A DNA stretch of 61,421 bases from a virus (Duplodnaviria; Caudoviricetes), in IMG/VR virus record IMGVR_UViG_3300046703_000080, positions 1 through 61,421 of that record. The stretch is one strand, 5' to 3'. The position numbers were made by a program, and so were the translations under genes. Positions within the stretch are counted from its first letter, which is position 1, and every line of letters starts with the position of its first letter. The notes under the pieces were generated by a model, which did no database searches, had not been told where the DNA came from, and was given only the letters and a program-made list of their open reading frames with translations. Shown here piece after piece: positions 9,024-16,715 of this stretch.

Positions 9024-9799
9024 GCATACGCTTCCCCCTCGACGGCGCGCCGGAACTGCCGATCCAAGTCGAATGCAACGATGCAGAGATGCGCGAATTG
9101 CTGGCACGCACGACTGCCGCCTGGGAAAAGATGGGCCGCGAGGACCCTTACTTTTCAGTGGTCACCTCTCCCGACTACCACCTGGAAGCGTTCGAGCAGA
9201 ATCAGGCGTCCTTCTGGGATGTCGGGCGCCTCGAAGCCGAGCGCATGTTGATCTGGATGAAGCGCAACGGAGTCGAGCCGGAGGGAACCTGCCTTGAGTA
9301 CGGCTGCGGCGTGGGCAGGGTCACGTGCGGTCTCGAGGAATACTTTGAAAGTGTCATTGCCTGTGACATTTCGGTCGCGCATCTGAGGCTGGCGCTGGCA
9401 GTGATTGGGTCAACCGTTCGGATCATTCACATTCCCAACCTGGATGCCCTGAACTCGCTGCCAGGGTTCGACACGTTGTTCTCTCTCATCGTCCTGCAGC
9501 ACAACCCGCCGCCCATCATCGCGTTCATCCTGGACGTACTCTTGGACAAGCTCAACTGGGGCGGCCTGGCGTTCTTCCAGGTCCCGACCCTGATGCGAGA
9601 CTACACCTTCGACCTGCGCGCGTACCTGGACAACCCCAACAGCGGCTCCTGTATGGAGATGCACTGCCTCCCGCAGCGGTACATCTTCGAGATCGCCAGG
9701 AAGAACGGTTGCCGGCCGCTCGAAGTCTCGCAGGACGACCGGACAGGCTGTGAGTGCCACGTCTCGACGACGTTCCTGCTGGTCAAGGATCTGGTATGA
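9020..9799 (+). CDS. class I SAM-dependent methyltransferase
   Basis: LEYGCGVGR, CDIS, SLIVLQH, MEMH motifs. Confidence 0.9.
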   Translation: MSIRFPLDGAPELPIQVECNDAEMRELLARTTAAWEKMGREDPYFSVVTSPDYHLEAFEQNQASFWDVGRLEAERMLIWMKRNGVEPEGTCLEYGCGVGRVTCGLEEYFESVIACDISVAHLRLALAVIGSTVRIIHIPNLDALNSLPGFDTLFSLIVLQHNPPPIIAFILDVLLDKLNWGGLAFFQVPTLMRDYTFDLRAYLDNPNSGSCMEMHCLPQRYIFEIARKNGCRPLEVSQDDRTGCECHVSTTFLLVKDLV

Positions 9800-10605
9800 A
9801 GTCGATCTCGATGACCGCGTGGTGCAGAGCCTCGTACTCGGAGCTGGCACTGGACTCGATCACCAAGGCCAGGGGATACATGCCATGGCGTTTCTTCGCG
9901 TCCGTCGATGGTCCCATCCATCCGGACCAGGATACGGTTCTAGGCCACCAATGCGCGGAGGTTCGAGCGGTCTTCGAACGCCGCCACATGGGCCATCCTG
10001 ACGTGCGATTTCACCGAAACAACATGGGCTGCAACGCCAACATCTTCCAGGCCGTGCAGATGGCCTTCGATGCCGGAAGCGACTTCAACCTGCACGTCGA
10101 GGATGACATCGTGCTTTCCCCCGATGCGCTGGAGTTGAGCAACTGGTTCTATAACCTTCCTGAGCGCGACGAGTACGTCTGCCTGAACGTCTTCAGCGAC
10201 TGGCGAGACCATGGGAACCAGCCATTGGCCATAGCAGAATACTTTAGCTTCTTCCCTTGGGGCTGGGCCTGCACACGCCGGATGTGGGAGAAGTACCTGG
10301 CGCCCGAGTGGGACACCAAGCGGTTCGGGCCCACCGGCTGGGACTGGTCGGTCGGCATGACGATCCAGAAGCACGGTCTGAAGGTGCTACGCCCCTTCCT
10401 GAGCCGGGCTCTGAACATCGGCCGAGACCAGGGGCTACACATGAGTTCTGACCACTGGGAGAAGAACTTCAGTAACCAAGTAGTTTCGGACGGCTCCCAT
10501 GGCAAGGACTACTACATCGCGCGGCCCCTTCCCGCAGACTACGCGCAGCATCCAGACCAGTGGTATCTGGACGAGTTAAAGGCAGAACAGGAGGCAATCC
10601 GTTGA
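9796..10605 (+). CDS. GT-A glycosyltransferase (GnT-I/GT13-like motifs)
   Basis: FASVDG, N.GCN.NI, HVEDDIVLSPD, FFPWGWA, GWDW, SRALNIG...G.H. Confidence 0.82.
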   Translation: MKSISMTAWCRASYSELALDSITKARGYMPWRFFASVDGPIHPDQDTVLGHQCAEVRAVFERRHMGHPDVRFHRNNMGCNANIFQAVQMAFDAGSDFNLHVEDDIVLSPDALELSNWFYNLPERDEYVCLNVFSDWRDHGNQPLAIAEYFSFFPWGWACTRRMWEKYLAPEWDTKRFGPTGWDWSVGMTIQKHGLKVLRPFLSRALNIGRDQGLHMSSDHWEKNFSNQVVSDGSHGKDYYIARPLPADYAQHPDQWYLDELKAEQEAIR

Positions 10606-10784
10606 CTAAGCGCCAACTCCTGATCCTGTTTCAGGTCCTGCACGTTCTCTTGCACAGGGCGTTGAAGCCAGAGGCTTCCTTGGATACCAGATACGTCGGA
10701 GAGTTGCTTGGCCTGATCCACTTCGAGGTAGGCGACTTGCAGGCTGCCCTGGAACGGGAGAACGTGGGTGAGAACCATGCTTGA
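10602..10784 (+). CDS. hypothetical protein
   Basis: TTG start after GGAGG, overlapping upstream stop. Confidence 0.5.
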   Translation: MTKRQLLILFQVLHVLLHRALKPEASLDTRYVGELLGLIHFEVGDLQAALERENVGENHA

Positions 10785-11001
10785 CGATCCCAAGACGCTG
10801 CGCCAGTTGGCCGAGGATCTGGAGACGGACCTCCGTGTGACCACTGCCGAGCGCAACTGGTTTGTGAATGCGGCCTGTGAGATGGACGAAACGATCCTGC
10901 GCCTCGACGCGAAGTTGAAGATGCACAGGATGATCGTCTGGTGCTTGGTGGCTGCGTGGATCTTGTACTTAGTGCTGTTAGTCGTAGTGCTCATGAGGTA
11001 A
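10777..11001 (+). CDS. small membrane protein
   Basis: coiled coil plus C-terminal hydrophobic helix. Confidence 0.6.
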   Translation: MLDDPKTLRQLAEDLETDLRVTTAERNWFVNAACEMDETILRLDAKLKMHRMIVWCLVAAWILYLVLLVVVLMR

Positions 11002-11005
11002 TGCC

Positions 11006-11452
11006 ATGTTCTCGTTCTTTGTTCCAGGAATACCGAAACCAGGAGGGTCCAAGAGAGCCTTTGTAATACCTGGCACTAACCGGGCCATTATCACCGACGC
11101 CAATCCGAAGGCGAAAGACTGGAAGAACTCTGTATCTCAAGTGGCAACCGATCACGGCGTTACGCCACTTTCGGGACCACTTGAACTCTCGATCGACTTC
11201 ATCTTTCCGCGTCCGAAGGGGCACTACGGAACCGGCAAGAACGAAGATGTAGTGAAGGCTTCGGCGCCGAAACACCACACAGTAAAGCCGGACGCGACGA
11301 AGCTCACCAGGAGCACGGAGGACGCGCTGACGGGAATCGCCTGGCGGGACGACGCGCAGGTAGCCGTGCAGGCCATTTCGAAGTGGTACGCGGAGAGTGG
11401 AGAGACTCCCGGCGCGCGCATCACAATCGGCCAGCTTGGGAACCCTGAATGA
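11006..11452 (+). CDS. rusA: RusA Holliday junction resolvase
   Basis: VPGIPKPGGSKR, F.FPRPK.H, KPD..KL.RS..DALTGI.W.DD.QV. Confidence 0.93.
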   Translation: MFSFFVPGIPKPGGSKRAFVIPGTNRAIITDANPKAKDWKNSVSQVATDHGVTPLSGPLELSIDFIFPRPKGHYGTGKNEDVVKASAPKHHTVKPDATKLTRSTEDALTGIAWRDDAQVAVQAISKWYAESGETPGARITIGQLGNPE

Positions 11453-12369
11453 AGCGTGGAACCCCTCGGCACCACAAAACGAAGGCTCTCGCTCGGATGC
11501 TGAAAATCCCAACTCCGTATGCCACCGGGCTCCTCGCAACCCTCTGGGATTGGGCGTCTGATTTCTGCCCAGACGGAGGAATTGGACGCCTCAGCAATGA
11601 GGAAATCGCGGAGGCGATGGGATGGCGAGGGGCGGCCAACAGAACCTTCGCAGACGAGTCACAGAGGCTCATCACAGCCCTAGTGGAGGCTCACTGGCTG
11701 GACACAGACGAGTCACAGAGGCCGAGTGAAGGGTCACAGAGGCTCATCATCCACGACTGGCCGGATCACTGCGAGAACACAATCCATAGAAAGCTGGCTC
11801 GGGCGGGTGTCAGGTTCGCTGATGGAAGTGTACCTAAGTTGACTGGGCTCAACGAGAAAGAGCGAAAACAGGCTGAGGAATTATTCGCGGAACGTGCTCA
11901 CGACGTGCTACCAAGCGTGCTCACGGCGTGCGCCCTGCCTTTGCCTTTGCCTTTGCCTTTGCCAGGGCCTATACCAAGGCCAGAGCCAGAGCCAGAGCCT
12001 TTGCGGTCGGCGGACATCCCTGGTTTTCTGGAAGTCTCCGAACCGACGACGGTAGACCAAAACTTCGAGAACTTGTGGCTGCTGTTTGTGGCATCCGGAA
12101 AGCCTCTCAACGACGAAGACAAACGCCGAGCTGCGACGAAATGGGTGATGATCCCGGTTCACGATCAGGACCGGGTGATCCGCTGGGCAGTCGAGCAGTT
12201 CAAAAGCGCTTGGCGCGATGCAGCGCACACACCATATCCGGCAAACGCGCTCGAAAGCAGGGGCTGGACCCGGGTGGCTGGCCGCCGAATCATTCCCGCG
12301 CCGGACCCAGTAAGCGACGAGGCCGCGCAGATCCTGGCTGAGAAGTTAGCACGGAGGACTCATGCTTAA
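11449..12369 (+). CDS. putative replication initiator
   Basis: HHKTKALAR..., IHDW.DH, PLPLPLP/PEPEP linker and internal direct repeats typical of lambda-O-like initiators. Confidence 0.7.
   Translation: MKRGTPRHHKTKALARMLKIPTPYATGLLATLWDWASDFCPDGGIGRLSNEEIAEAMGWRGAANRTFADESQRLITALVEAHWLDTDESQRPSEGSQRLIIHDWPDHCENTIHRKLARAGVRFADGSVPKLTGLNEKERKQAEELFAERAHDVLPSVLTACALPLPLPLPLPGPIPRPEPEPEPLRSADIPGFLEVSEPTTVDQNFENLWLLFVASGKPLNDEDKRRAATKWVMIPVHDQDRVIRWAVEQFKSAWRDAAHTPYPANALESRGWTRVAGRRIIPAPDPVSDEAAQILAEKLARRTHA
11651..11999 (+). repeat. iteron-like repeats / candidate origin inside the initiator gene
   Basis: GTCACAGAGGC x3 (11651-11749), CGTGCTCACG x2 plus partial copies (11893-11931), then GCCTTT and GCCAGA hexamer runs. 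Confidence 0.55.
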
Positions 12370-12748
12370 CCCGAAGGTGGCTTTGGAGGTGACGAACGAA
12401 CTCTCGATTCTGAGGTTCTTTCCATCCGGCGGTCAAGCGCGCGCCGCGATCTCGGAGTTACTCATGCAGTTCTGCTCAACCGACGCTCAAGCCCGGTGGT
12501 TAGTTCGGAGAGTATGGGCGCTGTACAGCGAGTGGCCCGGGCCGAGGGAGTTACGCGCGGTCTTCTGCTCGAAGTTTCCGCCGGCCGATGGAATCGAGGC
12601 GGACAGCACTGACGCTCGGTTCCTGGAAACCGGGATCCCCTCAGAGCGGCCGTTGCTTGAGTCCGAATCACCAAAGCAACTCATCTCAGTCGATCCCAAG
12701 ATGCGCGCCCTGGTGGTGACCACCGCAAACCGAAAGAGGCTCAAGTGA
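12362..12748 (+). CDS. hypothetical protein, possible helicase loader (P-like position)
   Basis: Overlaps initiator stop; EWPGPRELR motif. Confidence 0.55.
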   Translation: MLNPKVALEVTNELSILRFFPSGGQARAAISELLMQFCSTDAQARWLVRRVWALYSEWPGPRELRAVFCSKFPPADGIEADSTDARFLETGIPSERPLLESESPKQLISVDPKMRALVVTTANRKRLK

Positions 12749-13002
12749 CCGCCGCGGCAAGCAGGTTGGTGTCGCAGGGAGTTCCGGGGACATTCTTCGC
12801 GCCACCTCAGCGAGAACGCCGGCGCGCGCAGCGGCCAGCGCGTGTGAAGACCGGGAATCCCCTGGAGGCTGCCGAGGCAATCGGCTTTCAGGATGGGCAG
12901 GCAAATCGGCATTTCATTCCGTGGCTCAACTTCAAGACCGGCGAGGAGTGGTCCGCCTGGCTTCGGGGATGGCGAAAGGGGCAGGTGGAAGAATGCTCGT
13001 GA
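12745..13002 (+). CDS. hypothetical protein
   Basis: GTGA overlap; GFQDG...AWLRGWRKG motif. Confidence 0.55.
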   Translation: MTAAASRLVSQGVPGTFFAPPQRERRRAQRPARVKTGNPLEAAEAIGFQDGQANRHFIPWLNFKTGEEWSAWLRGWRKGQVEECS

Positions 13003-13226
13003 GTTTGGTTTCGTTGATAGCGGCAGCGCTCTGCTTTTGGCTGGGCGCGTGGATTATCGAACGCGGGCGACGTCCTGACAACATCGGCCCCGTGCAACTG
13101 CTGGTGATCTGGCTGGTGTATGCTCGCGCCGCCGGCATGATGGCGCAGGACTGCTATGCGGCCGTGGTTGAGCGGCTGCAGCGCTGGCCTGAGCACCAGG
13201 AACGCGCCCGGCGGGAGACGGTATGA
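12993..13226 (+). CDS. small membrane protein
   Basis: two hydrophobic segments, coupled start. Confidence 0.5.
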   Translation: MLVSLVSLIAAALCFWLGAWIIERGRRPDNIGPVQLLVIWLVYARAAGMMAQDCYAAVVERLQRWPEHQERARRETV

Positions 13227-13351
13227 ACCTCATCGAGTGTGCGTGCGGCCTACATCACGGATTCCGCGACCGCAAGGGTGCCGACGCTTCCGAGTGGCCG
13301 GAGGATATCAGGGTGCGAGAGTTGCCGGAGTTTCTAAATGCAACTCGTTAA
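13223..13351 (+). pseudogene. 42-aa remnant matching the C-terminus of DUF5131 (Gp37/Gp68) proteins
   Basis: RKGADASEWPEDIRVRELP with almost nothing upstream. Confidence 0.55.
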
Positions 13352-13712
13352 CCAACAGACCGCCGCCAAGATCCTGAGCGTGAGTCAGCGCACACTCGAA
13401 CAATGGCGGCAGAAAAAGACCGGGCCCGCTTTCACGAGGCTCGGAGGTAAACTGATTCGGTATCGGCTGGACGAGCTCGAGAAGTTCGCCGCGGCCGGAG
13501 CAACTACGGAGGCTCACAATGGCAATCAGAGTTCGCAGCGGAAAGTGGCACTACCGTTTCACGGAAAACGGCCACGAGTACAGCGCCAGCACCGGCTTGG
13601 TGGGCACAGAACGAAATCGGGCGGCGGCGCAGCGGGCGGAGGCGGAAGCCTACAAGCTCGTGGTCCAGGGGCGCGCGGCGGAATTGCACATCCAGACTAC
13701 GCCGTTCAGTAA
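13338..13712 (+). CDS. xis: excisionase (AlpA/HTH_17-like)
   Basis: AAKILSVSQRTLEQWR...GPAF.RLGGKLIRY....LEKF; immediately upstream of integrase, ORF tail overlaps it. Confidence 0.85.
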   Translation: MQLVNQQTAAKILSVSQRTLEQWRQKKTGPAFTRLGGKLIRYRLDELEKFAAAGATTEAHNGNQSSQRKVALPFHGKRPRVQRQHRLGGHRTKSGGGAAGGGGSLQARGPGARGGIAHPDYAVQ

Positions 13713-14754
13713 GGGCGCCGACATGTTTCTGGCCTGGGTGAAGGGCGAGTATCAGGCGCACCCGAACAGCGCCGCGCGGATCCGTGGCAGCTTCGCCAGC
13801 CTTCGGCAATTCTTCGGGAACACGCCGGTGCACACCATCACCACCGGCCAGATCGAGGATTATAAGTCCTGGCGCCGGACGTCGGAGGTCAAGGACTTCA
13901 CGCTTCGCAACGACCTGCACAACCTGAGCCTGTTCTTCCAGTACGCTGAGAAGCACGGCTGGCGCCGGGACAATCCAGTGCGGAAAGTCGAGATGCCCTC
14001 CGCCGGCGAGTCCGATGCGATCCACGTCCTGACGGCGGAAGAGGAGCGCGTGTACTTCGAGGCGTGCCGGCTGGGATGGTGCGAGCAGAAGGAATCCGGC
14101 CGCAAGGTGAAGCACGGCCCGTTCCCTGACCTGCACGACCTCGGGCGGTTGATGCTGAACCAGGGGTGTCGACCGGAGGAGCTGCTGAGTTTGCCTTGGG
14201 ATCAGGTGGATTTTCAGGCCGGGATGGTAAAGATCGGGAGGTCGAAAACGACCGCCGGACGGCGAATCCTGAGATTGACCCCCGAAAGTCTGATGCTGTT
14301 GGCTGCCAGGATGGCTCAAGCCGTGGCGGATTCAGGGCAAGGTGCAATCCTACCCAGCCTGGAGGTAGTCCAGCACCCAGGAAACGCGCCACGGGGCTGT
14401 AATGCAATAGTTCACCCCCCGAAATGGGTCTTCCCGTCGCCTACCCGTCCAGGCCGGCACATCATCAAGCTCAACAACTCGCACGACGAGCTGCTCGAGC
14501 ACGCCGGGTTGAAGTTTCGGATCTACGACTTTCGGCATACGTTTGCCACGAAATCAGCACAGTCGAAAAAAGTCGATCTGGGAACGCTCGCGCGAATTCT
14601 GGGACATTCAAATTTGAGAACCGTAATGCGATACATCCACCCCTCACAAGAGCACATGAACGAGGCGATGGAACGGCTAGGAGAACTCCATGGCAAAACC
14701 TCTGGATCTGACCGGGATGAGGTTCGGTCGGTTGACCGCCCAACGGTTAATTGA
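13519..14754 (+). CDS. int: tyrosine integrase
   Basis: N-terminal arm-binding-like domain; GCRPEE, SKT, YDFRHTFAT, LGHS, RYIH catalytic motifs. Confidence 0.95.
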   Translation: MAIRVRSGKWHYRFTENGHEYSASTGLVGTERNRAAAQRAEAEAYKLVVQGRAAELHIQTTPFSKGADMFLAWVKGEYQAHPNSAARIRGSFASLRQFFGNTPVHTITTGQIEDYKSWRRTSEVKDFTLRNDLHNLSLFFQYAEKHGWRRDNPVRKVEMPSAGESDAIHVLTAEEERVYFEACRLGWCEQKESGRKVKHGPFPDLHDLGRLMLNQGCRPEELLSLPWDQVDFQAGMVKIGRSKTTAGRRILRLTPESLMLLAARMAQAVADSGQGAILPSLEVVQHPGNAPRGCNAIVHPPKWVFPSPTRPGRHIIKLNNSHDELLEHAGLKFRIYDFRHTFATKSAQSKKVDLGTLARILGHSNLRTVMRYIHPSQEHMNEAMERLGELHGKTSGSDRDEVRSVDRPTVN

Positions 14755-15412
14755 AAACGCAAATACGCGCGGATTTCGGAGATGGTTGTGTATTTGCGAT
14801 TGCGGTCGTGAAAAGGTGGCCGCCGTCGATACGCTTCGAGCTGGAAGCACTAGAAGCTGCGGCTGCTTAGCGGCAGAAAGCGCAAGAAGGTCAGGTAGGA
14901 AAGGGGCACTATCACCAGGAGAGGCCGCGTTCAATTCACTGTACGACAGCTACCGGAGGGCAGCCAAACGAAAGGGGATGGAGTTTGAATTATCAAAAGG
15001 CGAAGCTCGGTCTCTTTTCACGTCTGATTGCTACTACTGTGGCGCGAAGCCTTCCCAGCAGTTCCAGGGCAGGACTTCCTTCGGCCCTTTCACCTACAAC
15101 GGAATTGATCGTTTGGTGAACTCCCACGGGTACATCAGGAACAACATGGTGCCGTGCTGTAAGACCTGTAACTACATTAAGCGGTCGATGCACCACAATG
15201 AGTTTATGGTGTGGCTCCGAAAAGTTTGGCTTCATTGGAGGACGGCTCCAGACCAACTAAGAATGGACGTTGCTATGAGCATGTCGGTAGATCCGTTTTT
15301 CCGCGATGCTCAAAACCGAAAGTCCTTCTTGCGCCCGCGAGAAGGCACAGCCAAACTCGCCGCCGTTCAGCAGCCGATCGAGCAGGAGGTGGAGCGTGTC
15401 AGGGTCAACTGA
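14690..15412 (+). CDS. HNH-type homing endonuclease
   Basis: DLTGMRFGRL...WLCICDCG...SCGC N-terminus; CYYCG...NGIDR..N..GY...N.VPCCKTCN..K. Confidence 0.85.
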   Translation: MAKPLDLTGMRFGRLTAQRLIENANTRGFRRWLCICDCGREKVAAVDTLRAGSTRSCGCLAAESARRSGRKGALSPGEAAFNSLYDSYRRAAKRKGMEFELSKGEARSLFTSDCYYCGAKPSQQFQGRTSFGPFTYNGIDRLVNSHGYIRNNMVPCCKTCNYIKRSMHHNEFMVWLRKVWLHWRTAPDQLRMDVAMSMSVDPFFRDAQNRKSFLRPREGTAKLAAVQQPIEQEVERVRVN

Positions 15413-15418
15413 GGCTCC

Positions 15419-15657
15419 GTGTCCGAGATCGGTCCGAGTACATGCACGGATCTGTCATGTGGACAACGTACACGTAGTACTTATACGTTACTTGGCACTT
15501 ACTGATTTTCAACAACTTCTGGCAAAGTGTTGGAGGCGCGGGGGGGAATCGAACCCCCGAATAAAGGTTTTGCAGCCCTCAGAACCCCGTCCGGAAGTGG
15601 TTTGCTGTCTAACTGGAACAGGCAAGGTAACATGTTCTGTGTCCGAGAATTGTCCAC
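15419..15657. promoter_or_regulatory. attP arm-type sites and IHF-like site
   Basis: GTGTCCGAGA at 15419 and 15639 either side of the core, with partial copies (GGTCCGAG, TGTCCAC); TTTCAACAACTT near 15507 resembles WATCAANNNNTTR. Confidence 0.6.
15531..15579 (-). mobile_element. attP core: 3' half of tRNA-Cys(GCA)
   Basis: Reverse complement AGGG-CTGCAAA-ACCTT-TATTC-GGGGG-TTCGATT-CCCCC-CCGCGCC-T-CCA gives anticodon loop, T-arm, acceptor strand, U73 and CCA; no 5' half; downstream of int. Confidence 0.9.
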
Positions 15658-15678
15658 CATTGAAAACGGGAGGTAATA

Positions 15679-16200
15679 ATGCTGACGCCTGAACGCTTGT
15701 CTGAGATTGGGGAGCGGGAGCGGAAGTCTACCAAGGGGCCGTGGAAGTTCCATCGTCAGTCTGGGCAGCCACACGTATTGAGCGCGCCCGATCCTACTAA
15801 CCCGCGCGGTGGAACTACTGTGGTCCTGTTCAAGCCCTGCCAGTTGCAGGATGCCGACTTCATAGCCCACGCCCGCACCGACATCCCCGCCCTGCTCCAG
15901 CACATCGCGGAGCAAGCGGCGGCGCTTGCCGAGAAGAGCGAGGAATGGGGGATGGCCCTCAAGAGGCTGCAAGAGCGCACCTTGCACTATCTGGCCGAGG
16001 CGCGGGCGGCGCTGCGAACAGCACGGGACACGATCCAGGAACTTTACGTAACATCGAAAGACCGTGCGGACGGAATACTTGAACCCGGACCTAGGCCAAC
16101 GATGGCGTGGGAGGAATACGTAACTTTAGCGCCCGAGATGTTGGAAATTGATGTCGCCCTCGCGGCTGGCGAGACGAATAATGAAAGGGAGAAACCGTGA
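15679..16200 (+). CDS. Ead/Ea22-like protein
   Basis: LTPERL.EI.ER....T.GPW...DADFIAHARTDIPALL; GGAGG RBS. Confidence 0.7.
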   Translation: MLTPERLSEIGERERKSTKGPWKFHRQSGQPHVLSAPDPTNPRGGTTVVLFKPCQLQDADFIAHARTDIPALLQHIAEQAAALAEKSEEWGMALKRLQERTLHYLAEARAALRTARDTIQELYVTSKDRADGILEPGPRPTMAWEEYVTLAPEMLEIDVALAAGETNNEREKP

Positions 16201-16514
16201 AGAAAGCAACAACTGCAAAGAAGTCTAACGCGCTACCTTACGTCATCATCAGGGCAGCGCAGGCCGGGTGTTTTGCGGGGTTCTTAAAGTCCCGCAAGGG
16301 AGCCGAGGTAGTTCTCAATCAAGCGCGGCGGCTGTGGTACTGGGACGGCGCGGCGACTTTGTCGCAATTGGCTCAAGAGGGAACATCGAAACCACAGAAC
16401 TGCAAGTTCCCTCCGCCAGTGGAGGAGATCACTATTCTGGGAGTGATCGAGGTACTGAAAACCTCAGAGCGGGCCTTGGTGTCAATCCAAGGGGTGGAGT
16501 CATGGCGGGCGTAA
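16197..16514 (+). CDS. DUF6948-like protein
   Basis: YVIIR...AG.FAG.L....G.EV.L..ARRLWYWDGAATLSQLA.EG. Confidence 0.75.
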   Translation: MKKATTAKKSNALPYVIIRAAQAGCFAGFLKSRKGAEVVLNQARRLWYWDGAATLSQLAQEGTSKPQNCKFPPPVEEITILGVIEVLKTSERALVSIQGVESWRA

Positions 16515-16684
16515 CCGGCTCCGGCTACGGCTCCGGCTCCGGCGACGGCTACGGCTACGGCTACGGCTCCGGCGACGGCTCCGGCGACGGCTACGGCTCC
16601 GGCGACGGCTCCGGCGACGGCTCCGGCCACGGCCACGGCTCCGGCGACGGCTCCGGCGACGGCTCCGGCCACGGCCACGGCTAG
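16502..16684 (+). CDS. 60-aa (Gly-X)n peptide, X = S/D/Y/H
   Basis: ATG 16502 after GGAG; hexamer array GGC(TCC/TAC/GAC/CAC) to TAG. Confidence 0.6.
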   Translation: MAGVTGSGYGSGSGDGYGYGYGSGDGSGDGYGSGDGSGDGSGHGHGSGDGSGDGSGHGHG

Positions 16685-16715
16685 AATAAGCGGCGGGTTA
16701 GAAGGGAGAAACGGG

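Noticed and set aside
15531-15579. Functional tRNA-Cys gene
   Set aside because: No D-arm or 5' acceptor strand; it is the attP copy
16268-16501. Long 138-aa version of the Gly-X ORF
   Set aside because: The upstream part overlaps the DUF6948-like gene; ATG 16502 has its own RBS
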